Positions 12,101-24,608 of a stretch of 64,000 nucleotides of DNA are shown here, in pieces (within the stretch, counting starts at the first letter, position 1; each line of letters starts with the position of its first letter). Source of the stretch: Mizuhopecten yessoensis (taxonomy: Eukaryota). The notes under the pieces are model-generated. The model ran no database searches, was not told where the DNA came from, and saw only the letters and a program-made list of their open reading frames with translations. The stretch covers positions 388,530 through 452,529 of the forward strand of contig NW_018405730.1 of NCBI RefSeq assembly GCF_002113885.1, read 5' to 3'. A program made the position numbers and the translations under genes.

Positions 12101-14514
12101 TAAAACATATGAAATGAAATAGTCTGACAATCCTAGTACCTTCGCCACATCACAAAATGAAAATACATGTTCAACGTTGAAAATTTAGTTTTATTTGTGT
12201 CTTTTCGCTTGCAACAAATCGACCGAATGACGACTGGAGTCTAGAACGATACAAAGCAAGTATCACTACAGACAAAAGACGACCCAATGCAGGTTTAACC
12301 GTTGGGGTATCGATAAATCTCAGGAGAAACTTGAGGATTCTAACCCTGTACTAGTCACCCTGACCATGGAATATGATGCTTATGGATGACTATATTTACT
12401 CAAAATATTCTACATTGTTTCGGTATTGCTTTCAAGAAGATTTTCCGAGTGTTGACAACACCTATGACCGTATGATACGTCGTGTCGTAATGTCTATTTT
12501 AGTAACCAATGGATATTAGGAATCCCGCCATGTTGCCGTGTGCTGGCTCTATATTTAGTTTGGTCAGTGGGCGGCCAATTTATTCAAAGATAATTGCACA
12601 TCCCTTGGCCAGTTGTTTTACATTTTTAAATGGATATTTTGCAGATGATATTGATCGAATTTATGATATGTCGAAAATGAAATACATTTTTTTCTGTTTA
12701 ATAACTTCTATTATTTCCCAACGGAAACATAATTATGGCATAAACTTGTTTACATATTTTGTCGTCTGATTGTTTGTTCAACAGCTAAGGTAATACTAAA
12801 ACAGAAAATGTTTAGAAATATTTATTTCAATAAAACAAAAGAAAAGTATGACACATTTTCTTGAAATGTTTTATCTTCATAAGACTGAGAGAGAACTTTC
12901 GTGGTTGAAACATTTAGGAAAGAAATAATCAATTTCGGAGACGGGAAAATCTATAATCTCCGTAATGGATTTGATAAACACAAAAACGCCCACCCCTAAA
13001 TCCATTGTAATGCCTGGTTGTGTCAATAGACATTTCATCATTGTCGCTCTCATTGCTAGGCGACCGCACTGGACAGTGGGCGAAGGTCAGTTGGATGCGT
13101 AGTTTCTGACCGCCGGAAACCGGTCCGCCAAGGTCGAAGTGTGGTGAAAGATACGCCATTTTCCCCGGCGAGATATCATCTTGGCTCAAGTAAATATGGC
13201 CGAGGCAAAATTAGCAGAGCCCTGTTATCTTTAAAATATTGACTTATATAACTTAATACGGATATCGACGGACTCATAATGGTTGTCATATTTTGCTAAC
13301 GACACATTTGGTTGGAGACTATTTCAGGGAACAGAGTGTTCAAAGTATTCCAAGACGAGGAAGAAGGCAAAAACACAAACATTCGGGATAACGGCGCGTC
13401 AAGCTCCTGCATCTTTAGACTACATATATCTCCATCCACACCTACTCCAGCGATCCTAGCCAGGCAAAATCAATTTGAACTTTTACAATACCCTGAGCGC
13501 GTGGAAGCACAGAGCGGAGCAATGACGGCTGATCACTCGACTGACCGTTCCAATTATATACGCAGTAGGAATCCTATAGCATTGGTCAGCGTGTGGGTGA
13601 CCTCTAAAGCGTGACAAGGTCAACTCGCCCAGCGTTTCATTGCAAGCGTTATTGAAATAAAATTTGATTTAGCTGACCAGAATGAATAATACATGTGTTC
13701 AAAAGGAGGGCATATAAATTGCCTGCCATGCAAGTTGTTATAATTTACAAATATGGGATACCGGATAGGGTTATGATAAGGTTTGATTAATTATGAATGC
13801 CTAAACATAGTAAAAATAACTCATATCGGGGTTTGATCATGCTCTTCTTTAAATAACTTATCGTTTTATAAAGAGTGCATCTTGATTAAGCAATAAAGAA
13901 AATGCTCATCCCAGCGGATATGAGGCTAGCTTGATCTTCCTACCGCCTGCATCACATAGTTACCGCCGGAAGTGTTGATGCGTATCTATGTTGTGTACGT
14001 ACTTCTGTATATGAGAAACACCTGGACTAGCTTCCGACATGTGGTTTCTTTGATACAGTAAATCAACCGTGTAGATCTAATAATCAAACTATAATGTGCA
14101 ATGTGTATACGGTATACGTTAATTGGTCCGCAACGTCGGCTACCATTGAAGTGCCATTATATATCCTCCGTTATAGCGAAGAATGTGTCATTGTCCTACA
14201 TTAAAAAACCAATCTATAACATCAGAGGTTTAACTTAGTAAATTACATCTTCAATCATCACAGAGTTTTCACTCACTTAAAAGGTGTTTTTGTCTTCGAC
14301 CTTCACATGTAACAGTGGGTACACAGTCTATCTAAGTTCAATGGGCTGTCTGGCATATCACCGGCGAATATCGGGCCAGGTATCGCAGATTGATTCGTAG
14401 AATGTCCGATTTCACATAACCTCGATCTGTGCATATTTAGTTTTTGTATTGCCTACACATTCTTAGTTTAATCCCGTTAGCGTTTATTCCGTAGTTGTCT
14501 TTGCCATTGCTTGT

Positions 14515-14703
14515 ATGTGTTTTTCATCCTATTAACAGCTATGGTCATTCAAGGACGTACCAGGTTTTGGTGGTGGAGGAAAGCCGGAGTTCCCGGAGAA
14601 AAACCACCGACCTACAGCCAGTACCTGGCGACTGCCCCACGTAGGTCTCTAACCCGCGACCCAGTGGTGGAGGGCTAGTTTAACCACTTGGCCACCGCAG
14701 CCC
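14515..14703 (-). mobile_element. tRNA-derived SINE with V-type core
   Basis: On the minus strand: A-box GGTGGCCAAGTGG, B-box-like GGGTTAGAGACC, V-domain GGTGGTTTTTCTCCGGGAACTCCGGCTTTCCTCC, and tail CCTTGAATGACCATAGCTGTTAATAGGA. Similar to 56250-56420. Confidence 0.8.
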
Positions 14704-14889
14704 GTGGTTGCCACTCCTCGGTATCTACCGCATTTATATTATAAATGATATATTAGTGTAAAAATGACAGAATCTGTGCCAGTCACTTAGATGTACCAGT
14801 TACCGCTAATAACGTTATAGAGCATATATACAGTTAAAAAAGTAGAATAAGGTTAAAAGAATCAGTAAATAACTTAAAAGTTAATACAG

Positions 14890-16133
14890 GTCAATATCAA
14901 ACTTGCATTAAAAGATTATTGATTGTAGAGACTATCTTCTTGAAATCCATAAAGTCGTCTCTTATAGATGGTCGTCTCCGGATGCAGAGGTTCGGGTAAT
15001 ACTAAATTTACCACAATTTGGAGCATTAAAATCGGTCTCTCATAGCAGGTGGTCTCTTAATACAGGTTCAGTGAACACTTAATTTCAGCAATTGTGAACA
15101 TTAAAACTGGTCTCATATCACAGATGTCTCTTAATACAGGTTCAGTTACCAACAAATTGGGAACATTAGAAGAGCTCTGTTATCGCATGCAGGTGGGCTC
15201 TTAATATATGTTCCATATTAGCAATAATAGGTAACAATAAAGAGGTCTTTTATCGCAACTTGTCTCGTGATACAGGTTCAGTGAACACTTATTTTTCAGC
15301 AATTGTGAACATTAAAACTGGTCTCATATCGCAGATGGTCAATGACATTAAATTGACCATAATTGCGAACATTAGACGTGATCACGTATTGCAGTAGTCC
15401 GAATTATTCTGACGTTTTATCGACTTTTTTCATATCTGTCTGTCGTCGATTAACGTCAGAACTCCGGCCCTCTATAATATGTGGGAAATATGCGACCCGC
15501 GCCCGGAGCGCACTTCAAACTGATATTTTAGAAACAAATCGTCACTTTCACACACATGTCGAACATGGATCGAAAGATCTTTTCATTATGTACAAGATGA
15601 ACATACATAACATGCCTCAAACAACTAATACAATCACTAAAAACATATTTTTTCAAACTTACTCTGTTTTACTCTAGTTTTTTGATAGCCACGCCTTCTA
15701 ATGCCACGTGACTAAAATCTCGCCGGCCTACGTCATAAAGTTGGGAAATACCTTCGGTAACGCGAGATCTCGTCAAGTCATGTGACATTTCTCATGGCCT
15801 AATTTCCATAAAAAACATGGGTTGGTATAGAAAACGTTGGAAAATACTTTTCGTAATGATCTTTGAAACATGTTATTGATACCAACTAGTGCTTAATGAA
15901 AAGATCTTTCGATCCATGTGCGACATGTGTGTGAAAGTGACGATTTGTTTCTAAAATATCAGTTTGAAGTGCGCTCCGGGCGCGGGTCGCATATTTCCCC
16001 CATATTATAGAGGGCCGGAGTTCTGACGTTAATCGACGACAGACCGATATGAAAAAAGTCGATAAAACGTCAGAATAATTCGGACTAGTATTGCAGGTGA
16101 TCTCTAAATGGAAGTCTCGGGCAGATCTGACTG
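14890..16133. mobile_element. Degenerate Tc1/pogo-like non-autonomous element with internal ~70-75-bp tandem repeats, interrupted by 15395-16087
   Basis: Repeated units GGTCTC..ATAGCAGGTGGTCTCTTAATACAGGTTCAG. Right end GCAGATCTGACTG followed by TA. The left end is degenerate and uncertain. Confidence 0.5.
15395..16087. mobile_element. 693-bp non-autonomous DNA transposon with 194-bp TIRs, TAG..CTA ends and perfect 9-bp TSD (AcademH-like)
   Basis: 15395-15588 is the near-perfect reverse complement of 15894-16087. GTATTGCAG occurs at 15386-15394 and 16088-16096. No coding capacity. Confidence 0.92.
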
Positions 16134-16715
16134 TATATAAATTATGACGGTTACTGGTCCGGACTCAGTAACGATATAAGTTGTAAGATTCAGTTCAGCT
16201 TTAGACGCATAGAATGCTATTCTAGTATATAATATATGACATGTATTCTCATGAGTGTACAAATGAAAGATATTTTGAGATGGAACAAAGCGGAGGTTCG
16301 TCGAAGTATGGCTATCTTTGTGGAACGTTTGGAAAACGTTTCTGTAAAAAATGAGGATTGTCCGTTTCAAACATTCAGTAGGCGTTCATTGGAATAGTTG
16401 GCAGTAAAAATCCGGGCGTGAATTGCGTAATTTCCTGAATTTGATTAAATGATAGAACCGACAGGTGTGTGAGCTAACTTCTTTTACCTTGAAAATTATA
16501 TAAAATGATATCTCATATTTACGAACTATTATGTAGAGTTAAGAGTAGTATCTTTGTAAGGGCAATAACAATGTACCAATAGTACGTCACTCATCGAGAA
16601 GTAGGTTAGTAGGTCTAGTGTGAAAAATAGATATTATCAACATTTTTGAAATTAAACATAAGGCAGCTAATGTTACTCGTTTTAGGTACAAATGCGTGAA
16701 ACAACACTTTAAACT

Positions 16716-17025
16716 CATGGTCTGCTACAGGGATTAGCGCTTCATCCTTTCTCTTGATAACGATAAGTTAAATTCATGGTATGCCCACAAGGATTAGCGC
16801 TTCATCCTTTCTCTTGATAACGATAAGTTAAAATCATGGTATGCCACAAGGATTAGCGCTTCATCGTTTCTCTTGATAACGATAAGTTAAAATCATGGTA
16901 TGCCCACAAGGATTAGCGCTTCATCCTTTCTCTTGATAACGATAAGTTAAAATCATGGTATGATACAAGGATTAGCACTTACCCTTTCACTTGATAACAA
17001 TAGGTTAAATTTATAGTATGCGACA
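16716..17025. repeat. ~60-bp tandem repeat (~5 copies)
   Basis: Unit ATGGTATGCCCACAAGGATTAGCGCTTCATCCTTTCTCTTGATAACGATAAGTTAAAATC. Confidence 0.93.
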
Positions 17026-18094
17026 GGGGTAACATTTCGCTTCTTCTTTTTAATTTTAATCGAACCGTCAATAATCAATCAAACCGAACAACACTGATAA
17101 ATTTTAAGATCTATGGAACGAAAGAAAAATATATTGAAATACCCAAACCGGGCCCACAACAAACAATGAGAGTTTCATCAACACTCTTGCTAAAGTTAAT
17201 TTCGCTAATGAGTTTGGTGTTGGAAAGTGTATGTAAAAAGCATTTTGCAATTATACCATCAGTTGTGAAAAGAAACACCCCCAGTACTTTTAAAATAAGA
17301 CTTGTATACACAATTCAAAATTTTCATTTCGGGAAGTATTCCAAATCTTTGGCTACCAGCCAACTACATTCATTAGTTGGTTGATATCTCCCTTTAATTT
17401 AATCAAGAAGTTTATTATTCTACCGGCCAGTAAGCTGGCCCCGGGTCACTATTTGTTTGCAGAACGTCGATAAAATTCCGTACTACCTGTTACCTTCATT
17501 ACCTATCTTTTATTCAATTAAGTGGTTTGGCAAGGGTCCAAATCAATTTTCTTTTCCATAAGATTTCGTATATAAATATACAGAGGCACACTAGAAACTA
17601 CAGCATTATATTCTTTTGATGTCTCAAAGTTCAAAAGATTCGCCTGATGCAAATTACACATTTATCAAATCAACTTATTAATGACAAAATTGTCGAACGC
17701 AAAAAGATACGACCAAAACATCTGTCAGGAATAGCGTGACTTTTGATCTTTTTGTGTGACGGTAGTTCCTTACGCGAGTGACACACAGTCTGGCGTGTAG
17801 CACCGAATAGACTAACTGGCTACCTAATTTCCGTAAGTGAACAAATTCAAACTCACTTATATTGGCATCTAAATGCGTCATTTTCGCGTAAAATAGCGTT
17901 ACTTGTAACTTTCATAATATTTTTCCATAATTTTCCTTGGATCTAATGCAAATGGATTTCTTAAAGAGAGATACTTGAATGGCTTAAATGCTTTATACGC
18001 GTAAAAATATAAATGTACGTGCACTGTCATACAGTAATATCTAACAGGGGGTCAATATTACGGTATTTGTCTTCTGATGTAAGATCGTCCTTCT

Positions 18095-19110
18095 CAAGGT
18101 CATTTGAAAGAGGATAGCCAGGCATAAAACATGGAAATGTACCGTCAAGGTCATTTGACAGGTAACAGACAGACTACTGATACAGGGTTATACACCCGAA
18201 AGGTAATTTGACAGGGAACATACCGACATATGATACAGGAAATGTACCTACAAGGACATTCGATAGGGAACATACAGACTTCTGATACAGGGAAATATAC
18301 CTGCAAGGTAATTTGACAGGGAACATACAGACATATGACACAGGGAAATGTACCCACAAGGTCATTTGATAGGGAACAGACAGACATAAGATACAGGAAA
18401 TGTACCCACAAGATCAGTTGATAGGGAACAGACAGACATATGATACAGGGAAATGTACACACAAGGTCATTTGACAGAGAACAACAGACATAAGATACAG
18501 GAAATGTACCCACAAGGTCAGTTGATAGGGAACAGACAGACATATGATACAGGGAAATGTACCCACAAGGTCATTTGACAGAGAACAACAGACATAAGAT
18601 ACAGGAAATGTACCCACAAGGGCATTTGATAGGGAACAACAGACATAAGATACAGGAAATGTACCCACAAGGTCAGTTGATAGGGAACAACAGACATATG
18701 ATACAGGAAATGTACCCACAAGGTCAGTTGATAGGGAACAGACAGACATATGATACAGGAAATGTACCCACAAGGTCATTTGATAGGGAACAACAGACAT
18801 AAGATACAGGAAATGTACCCACAAGGTCAGTTGATAGGGAACAACAGACATAAGATAAAGGAAATGTTATCATCGAGGTCATTTAACAGAAGACAATGTT
18901 GTTATGTCGTTAAAAGCAATACCTGAGTATATTTGATAGAGGACAAACAGACAGATGACATTGGAAAATGTTACCCCTCTACGTCAGTCTACAAAGACCA
19001 TACAGAGAAGATGAAAAGTTACACCCAAGGTCATATGACAGAGGACAAATAGACAGATGACACAGGAAAATGTTACACCCAAGGTCATTTGACAGAGGAG
19101 GTACCGCCAG
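18095..19110. repeat. ~52-bp tandem minisatellite (~19 copies, degenerate edges)
   Basis: Unit AAGGTCA(T/G)TTGATAGGGAACAGACAGACATAAGATACAGGAAATGTACCCAC. Confidence 0.93.
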
Positions 19111-19844
19111 ACATAATACAGGACACGGTCAACAGCGCTGACGCCACACGGTATCACAACGACGTCCATGCTGTGCGCCTATTCCATTGTAGCGTTTGTT
19201 GATTTGTTTTATTTAGATTTTACGTATGATCGAATTATGACCCAAATTAAGCGGTTGATCCATGATAATTTGGTATCTTATATATATATATACTAAAATA
19301 TGTCGTCACCTCGACTCCGTTCTGCTTTCACTCGTCCCTGTACTTTACCGGGCGATCAATACGCGACACTAAAGTGCGAGTACAAAGTGGACAAACGGGT
19401 TTTTATGACTGGAGAAATAGAATTAACTCCTACTGCATTCCCGGGACTGGACGGCATCTTTTTTTTTTATCCTGGCGGATCACAAGATGTTATGTATAAT
19501 AGCCTGATATTTGAAAATAGTTTTGAACGTGTGAATTTCGAAAAAAAAAGCAGAAAATACTGTATTACAATACTTGCCGATACTGGCAGAAGTCCTAAAA
19601 TAACAACAATGTGCAGTCAGCGCAGGGCAATTAGTCCGTCTACTTGTATGACGTTCGTGCAGAGGACAATATGGCGTCAAAAAACAATTTCATCACGAGC
19701 GTGCAGTGGCCAAGTGACCCACTTCTGCCGTCGTATGTAGTCTAGTATAGGTCATGTTAAAAGATTGTAACCGTTATCATGATACTTGAATGAACGCTTC
19801 TATTTATGAGGATTTCAGATCGCTAATGCAATTATCTGGTAACA

Positions 19845-21420
19845 GCTAAAGCTTGCTAAGTTCATCTTCATCAGGCATACAAAGCTTGCCGATGTTCCCT
19901 TTCATGAGAGATCTAAAGCTTGCCGATGTTCCCTTTCCTGAGAGATCTAAAGCTTGCCGAAGTTGCTTTTCATGCGAGACCTTAAGATTGCCAATGTTAC
20001 TTTAACTTCGACACCTACAGCTTGTCAACGTTACTTTAACTTCGACACTTACAGCCTGTCAATGTTACTTGTTTACGACACTTACAGCTTGTCAATGTTA
20101 CTTTAACTTCGACACCTACAGCTTGTCAATGTTACTTGACTACGACACTTACAGCTTGGCAATGTTACTTTAACTTCGACACCTACAGCTTGTCAATGTT
20201 ACTTTAACTTCGACACTTACAGTTTGTCAATGATACTTTAACTTCGACACCTACAGCTTGTCAGTGTTACTTGACTACGACACTTACAGCTTGTCAATGT
20301 TACTTTAACTTTGACACCTACAGCTTGTCAATGGTACTTGAGTACGACACTTACAGCTTGTCAATGTTACTTTAAGTTCTACACTTACAGCTTGTCAATG
20401 TTACTTTAACTACGACACTTACAGCTTGTCAATGTTACTTTAACTTTGACACCTACAGCTTGTCAATGGTACTTGAGTACGACACTTACAGCTTGTCAAT
20501 GTTACTTTAAGTTCTACACTTACAGCTTGTCAATGTTACTTTAACTACGACACTTACAGCTTGTCAATGTTACTTTAAGTTCTACACTTACAGCTTGTCA
20601 ATGTTACTTTAACTTTGACACTTACAGCTTGTCAATGTTACTTGAGTTCGACACTTACAGCTTGTCAATGTTACTTTAAGTTCTACACTTACAGCTTGTC
20701 AATGTTACTTTAACTTAGACACTTACAGCTTGTCAATGTTACTTTAACTACGACACTTACAGCTTGTCAATGTTACTTTAAGTTCTACACTTACAGCTTG
20801 TCAATGTTACTTTAACTTCTACACTTACAGCTTGTCAATGTTACTTTAACTTCGACACTTACAGTTTGTCAATGTTACTTTAACTTCGACACTTACAGCT
20901 TCTCAATGTTACTTTAACTTCGACACTTTCAGTTTGTCAATGTTACTTTAACTTCTACACTTACAGTTTGTAAATGTTACTTTAACTTCGACACTTAGAG
21001 CTGGTCAATGTTACTTTAACTTCTACACTTACAGTTTGTCAATGTTACTTGACTACGACACTTACAGCTTGTCAATGTTACTTTAACTACGACACTTACA
21101 GCTTGTCAATGTTACTTTAACTTCGACACTTACAGTTTGTCAATGTTACTTTAACTTCGACACCTAGAACCTGCAAATGTTACTTTAACTTCGACACCTC
21201 AAATTTACCAATATTACTTTAACGTCGACACCTAAAGCTTGTCAATGTTACTTTAATTGAGACACCTAAAGCTTGTCAATATTTAACGTCGACACCTAAA
21301 GCTTGTCAATGTTAATTTACCTTCGACACCAAAAGCTTTGCCGATGTTCATTGGGAGACCTTCAGCTTTTCGACCCTTTTTGACCTCTTACGCTTTACTT
21401 TCGACACCTAAAGGTTGTCA
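19845..21420. repeat. 34-bp (33-bp variant) tandem minisatellite (~46 copies)
   Basis: Unit ACTTACAGCTTGTCAATGTTACTTTAACTTCGAC. Diverged AAAGCTT-type units lie at both edges. Confidence 0.95.
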
Positions 21421-21897
21421 TAGTAACTTTTCCTCTCACCGATAGTTTACTTATGTCTCTTTTACCAGTTCATATAATCAGTGATTTACAATAATTTATA
21501 ATCAATACAACATGTTCATTCAAGAATATGGTGACTGTTTTTCAGAACACAAGGGTATAATAAATTATGTTGTTTGTAGAAGCCGATCTCTTCTCAAGTT
21601 AAGGTTCTGTGCTTGAAGAAACATGGACTGATCAATAATCTCAAGAGATAACACTGTCGACCTGCTGCAGGATAAGTTAACATGTAAAGTTCGGTGTGAG
21701 GGGGGAGTCTTTGAAATGTCTAACTTATTTTAGCACCAGTTGTGCAAAGATTCAATGGGTTTTTTCTCGGGGATTCAGCATCATAGCGACCAGATCAATG
21801 AATTATTTAACCAATGGACGGGGAAATATTATGTGATAGATGAAATTGGATATAACGTTGATGTCACGAACACACCAATGATGTCACGTTATAATAA

Positions 21898-22303
21898 TGT
21901 AAAATATGTGCATTGATTAGGTTGCCTTACAAGCGTCAGCTGTAGGAATTTCCCTTTAGCTCAGTGGTAGAGTATCGGGCTGGAGAGCCAATGGTCGCGG
22001 GTTCGAGGCCCATCGACGGCACTATCTTAATCACTATTCCTAGTCCCACTACAAACTGGTGACGTTGACCCTCCCCGTTCAAGGTAGGAGAACCCGTGGC
22101 GGGGAGTCAAAGAACCTGGGTTGGTGTTTGAAAAAAGGGGGGAATAGTTTAAAAGTGATGCATTGATTAGGTTGCCTTGCAAGCGTCAGCTGTAGAGAAT
22201 GTCCCTTTAGCTCAGCGGTAGAGCATCGGGCTGGAGAGCCAAGGGTCGCGGGTTCGAGTCCCAGCGACGCCACTATCTTTATCACTTTCCTCGTCCTACT
22301 ACA
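21898..22303 (+). mobile_element. Miniature non-autonomous LTR retrotransposon (TRIM) with tRNA-derived LTRs
   Basis: Two ~156-bp direct repeats (21898-22053 and 22148-22303, ~88% identical by manual alignment). TG..CA ends. ATAA TSD at 21894-21897 and 22304-22307. PBS-like TGGTGACGTTGACCC at 22057. PPT GAAAAAAGGGGGGAA at 22130-22144. Pol III A and B boxes in each LTR. Confidence 0.85.
22202..22273 (+). promoter_or_regulatory. tRNA-like Pol III type-2 promoter module in the 3' LTR (paralog at 21951-22022)
   Basis: A-box TAGCTCAGCGG (22208-22218), GGTAGAGCA D-arm, and B-box GGTTCGAGTCC (22251-22261). The acceptor stem does not pair well, so it is not called a tRNA gene. Confidence 0.7.
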
Positions 22304-23806
22304 ATAACATCCTGATGTCACATGAAAACAAAATACCTGATTAGCATACTGAGCTGCTGTGACAACAAACAGGAATTCAAATCTTAACGTTATTGTTATA
22401 TATATTGCGAAATTATTGAATCGCAATTAAAACCTGAGCATTCCCCGAAAAATAAGTCATTTCCCGATATTTCAATTGACCTTCACCTACACAATATGAT
22501 AAAATGTATCACTATTTACCAGAAAGGTGCACTAAGTTTGTAGTAAGTAGGGGTTGATGTACATGAGCGATTATCTGGCCATGTGTGTATCGATTCTCTG
22601 GGCTGTCTAGACTGATGGTGGCATAGAACAGATCAATCTCTCACACACTCGACATTCTACGCAGCAAAGTCTATAATGAAAACACAGCTCATCCAGTGTT
22701 ACTGCGTCGTCGTGTCGTGTCATTGTATCAGACCTGATGAGGACCAACCAAATAACAATAATTCAGTGATAACTGGTCTTTTCATTAAGACGTCTATGTT
22801 TTACATACATATTCTCCTTTCCTGTACTCAATGTTCAATTGATGACTCGCGATTACATAAGTTCCATCCAGACTTAATTTTTTTGTATTTTTTTGTATTT
22901 TTTTCCAAGTTTATTTTTTTACTCTCACACATTACCATTCATTCATTAAATATTCGTTTAATAAAAACTGCATATATGTCTATGGTACCTCTCTATTATT
23001 TCCACTTATAACTAATGATTAATTATGTTTATGTCAAACTAAATTACAGCTAAATCATGTCCGTTATATATAAGCATTGTTTAGAAGTGATAGAAAAGAG
23101 GTTAGAGCAGGTCCTAGAGGTATAGAAGGGAAAGTAAGACTAAAGAGAGAGAGAGAGAGAGAAAAAAAGGAAAAAACAATTCAGACTTACAGACAATGTT
23201 TCTAAGCGGGATTTTATTGTTTTTATGCCAACTTATATCAAACTCAATTTTAACAGGTGAGAAAAATGAAGAAAAAAGACCTGTTTAACGTAAATTGTGT
23301 ATGACAACTATTACCCACAAACAAACAGCACGCGATCCTTCGTCGCGAGCATCGTTTTGTTATCGATGACTGTCAAGTAGGGTAGACAAGATACATTCAG
23401 ATACTGTGCTTATATACGTACTTTGCGAGACTGATCAGTCAACAGGATGTTTTGACGCGGGCAATTTATTGCTGCGTGTTAAACACAAACTGAACCATAC
23501 TGCGTCACGTGACTAGGTCCATAAACGCTTAGATCTGAGTTCTTCACCGTCAGATAGATTCATGGAAACATTGGTAAAATTAAATATATTTTTCCGGTTC
23601 GAATCTTATAGCGTAGTCGGCCTACTGTATAATTTTTTGAAGTATATGAAATATTTATTAAATTCAATAATGTCAAATTTGAATTTTTCCATTAAATATA
23701 TGTATAATTTCTTGAAACAATCTCCAATAGCCTCCTCATGTTAACGAGAACGAGGAACTGCTATCAGATCAAAGCTTCTTTTCTAGTCCTTCTGAAACTA
23801 TATGTA

Positions 23807-23989
23807 CAGTAAAACCTCGTTATACTGCCACCGTTTGTTCAGAGAAAGATAACGTTATAAAGAGGTTTGGCGATGAACTCAGGGAAATGTTTAAAGAAAT
23901 TCGTAAAAAAACAAGAAAAGGACCTTGAAAGATGTTGGCTGTAAACGAAGTGGCAAATGAAACGAGGGGCATTATATCGAGGTTTACTG
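23807..23989. mobile_element. Tc1/pogo(Tigger)-like MITE
   Basis: TA|CAGTAAAACCTCGTTATA ... TATATCGAGGTTTACTG imperfect TIRs. Confidence 0.6.
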
Positions 23990-24455
23990 ATGTACTTGAT
24001 AATTGAAAATGGCAATGTTTAAACCATACGAGAGTTTCTTATATTTCACAGTGTGTTCATTTCATTTGTATCTTATATATTAAGAAACTGATTGGCTATT
24101 CTATACACCAACTACTCATAAACACATCAATCTACAGAAGAAGGAGTCTAGTTGTACTCAGAATGTCTGAACTGTCCATGGGTTCACGATTACAGTCCAC
24201 ATCTGTTGAGCGGATTACGGAAATGCGTTATATCACTCTGTGTTCCCCACTAAGAAGGGTGTAATGTAGAACCCGGATGTCCGACGAACCCGGATGTATT
24301 ATCATCTGGTTTTAATCGCTCGTGTGTGTCATCCGTTTCACTATCAGGACGTGCTAACTACTTAGAACACTTAGGTCTTCGATAGAGATATGTACATAGA
24401 TATACTGCTCACAGGCTCAGACAAGCGGTAGTTTTAATTAAAGTAGTGCAAAAAC

Positions 24456-24608
24456 NNNNNNNNNNNNNNNNNNNNNNNNNNNNNNNNNNNNNNNNNNNNN
24501 NNNNNNNNNNNNNNNNNNNNNNNNNNNNNNNNNNNNNNNNNNNNNNNNNNNNNNNNNNNNNNNNNNNNNNNNNNNNNNNNNNNNNNNNNNNNNNNNNNNN
24601 NNNNNNNN
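24456..24608. other. Assembly gap (N run)
   Basis: Run of Ns. Confidence 1.

Noticed and set aside
12520-13223. hAT-like element ending ...GCAGAGCCCTG
   Set aside because: No matching left TIR or 8-bp TSD was found, so it cannot be delimited.
18151-18851. Cys/hydrophobic repeat ORFs
   Set aside because: They are translations of the 52-bp minisatellite.
21951-22273. Two tRNA genes (anticodon loop CTGGAGA)
   Set aside because: Acceptor and anticodon stems pair poorly, there is no Ser-type variable arm or clear T-run terminator, and both lie inside LTRs of a TSD-flanked element.
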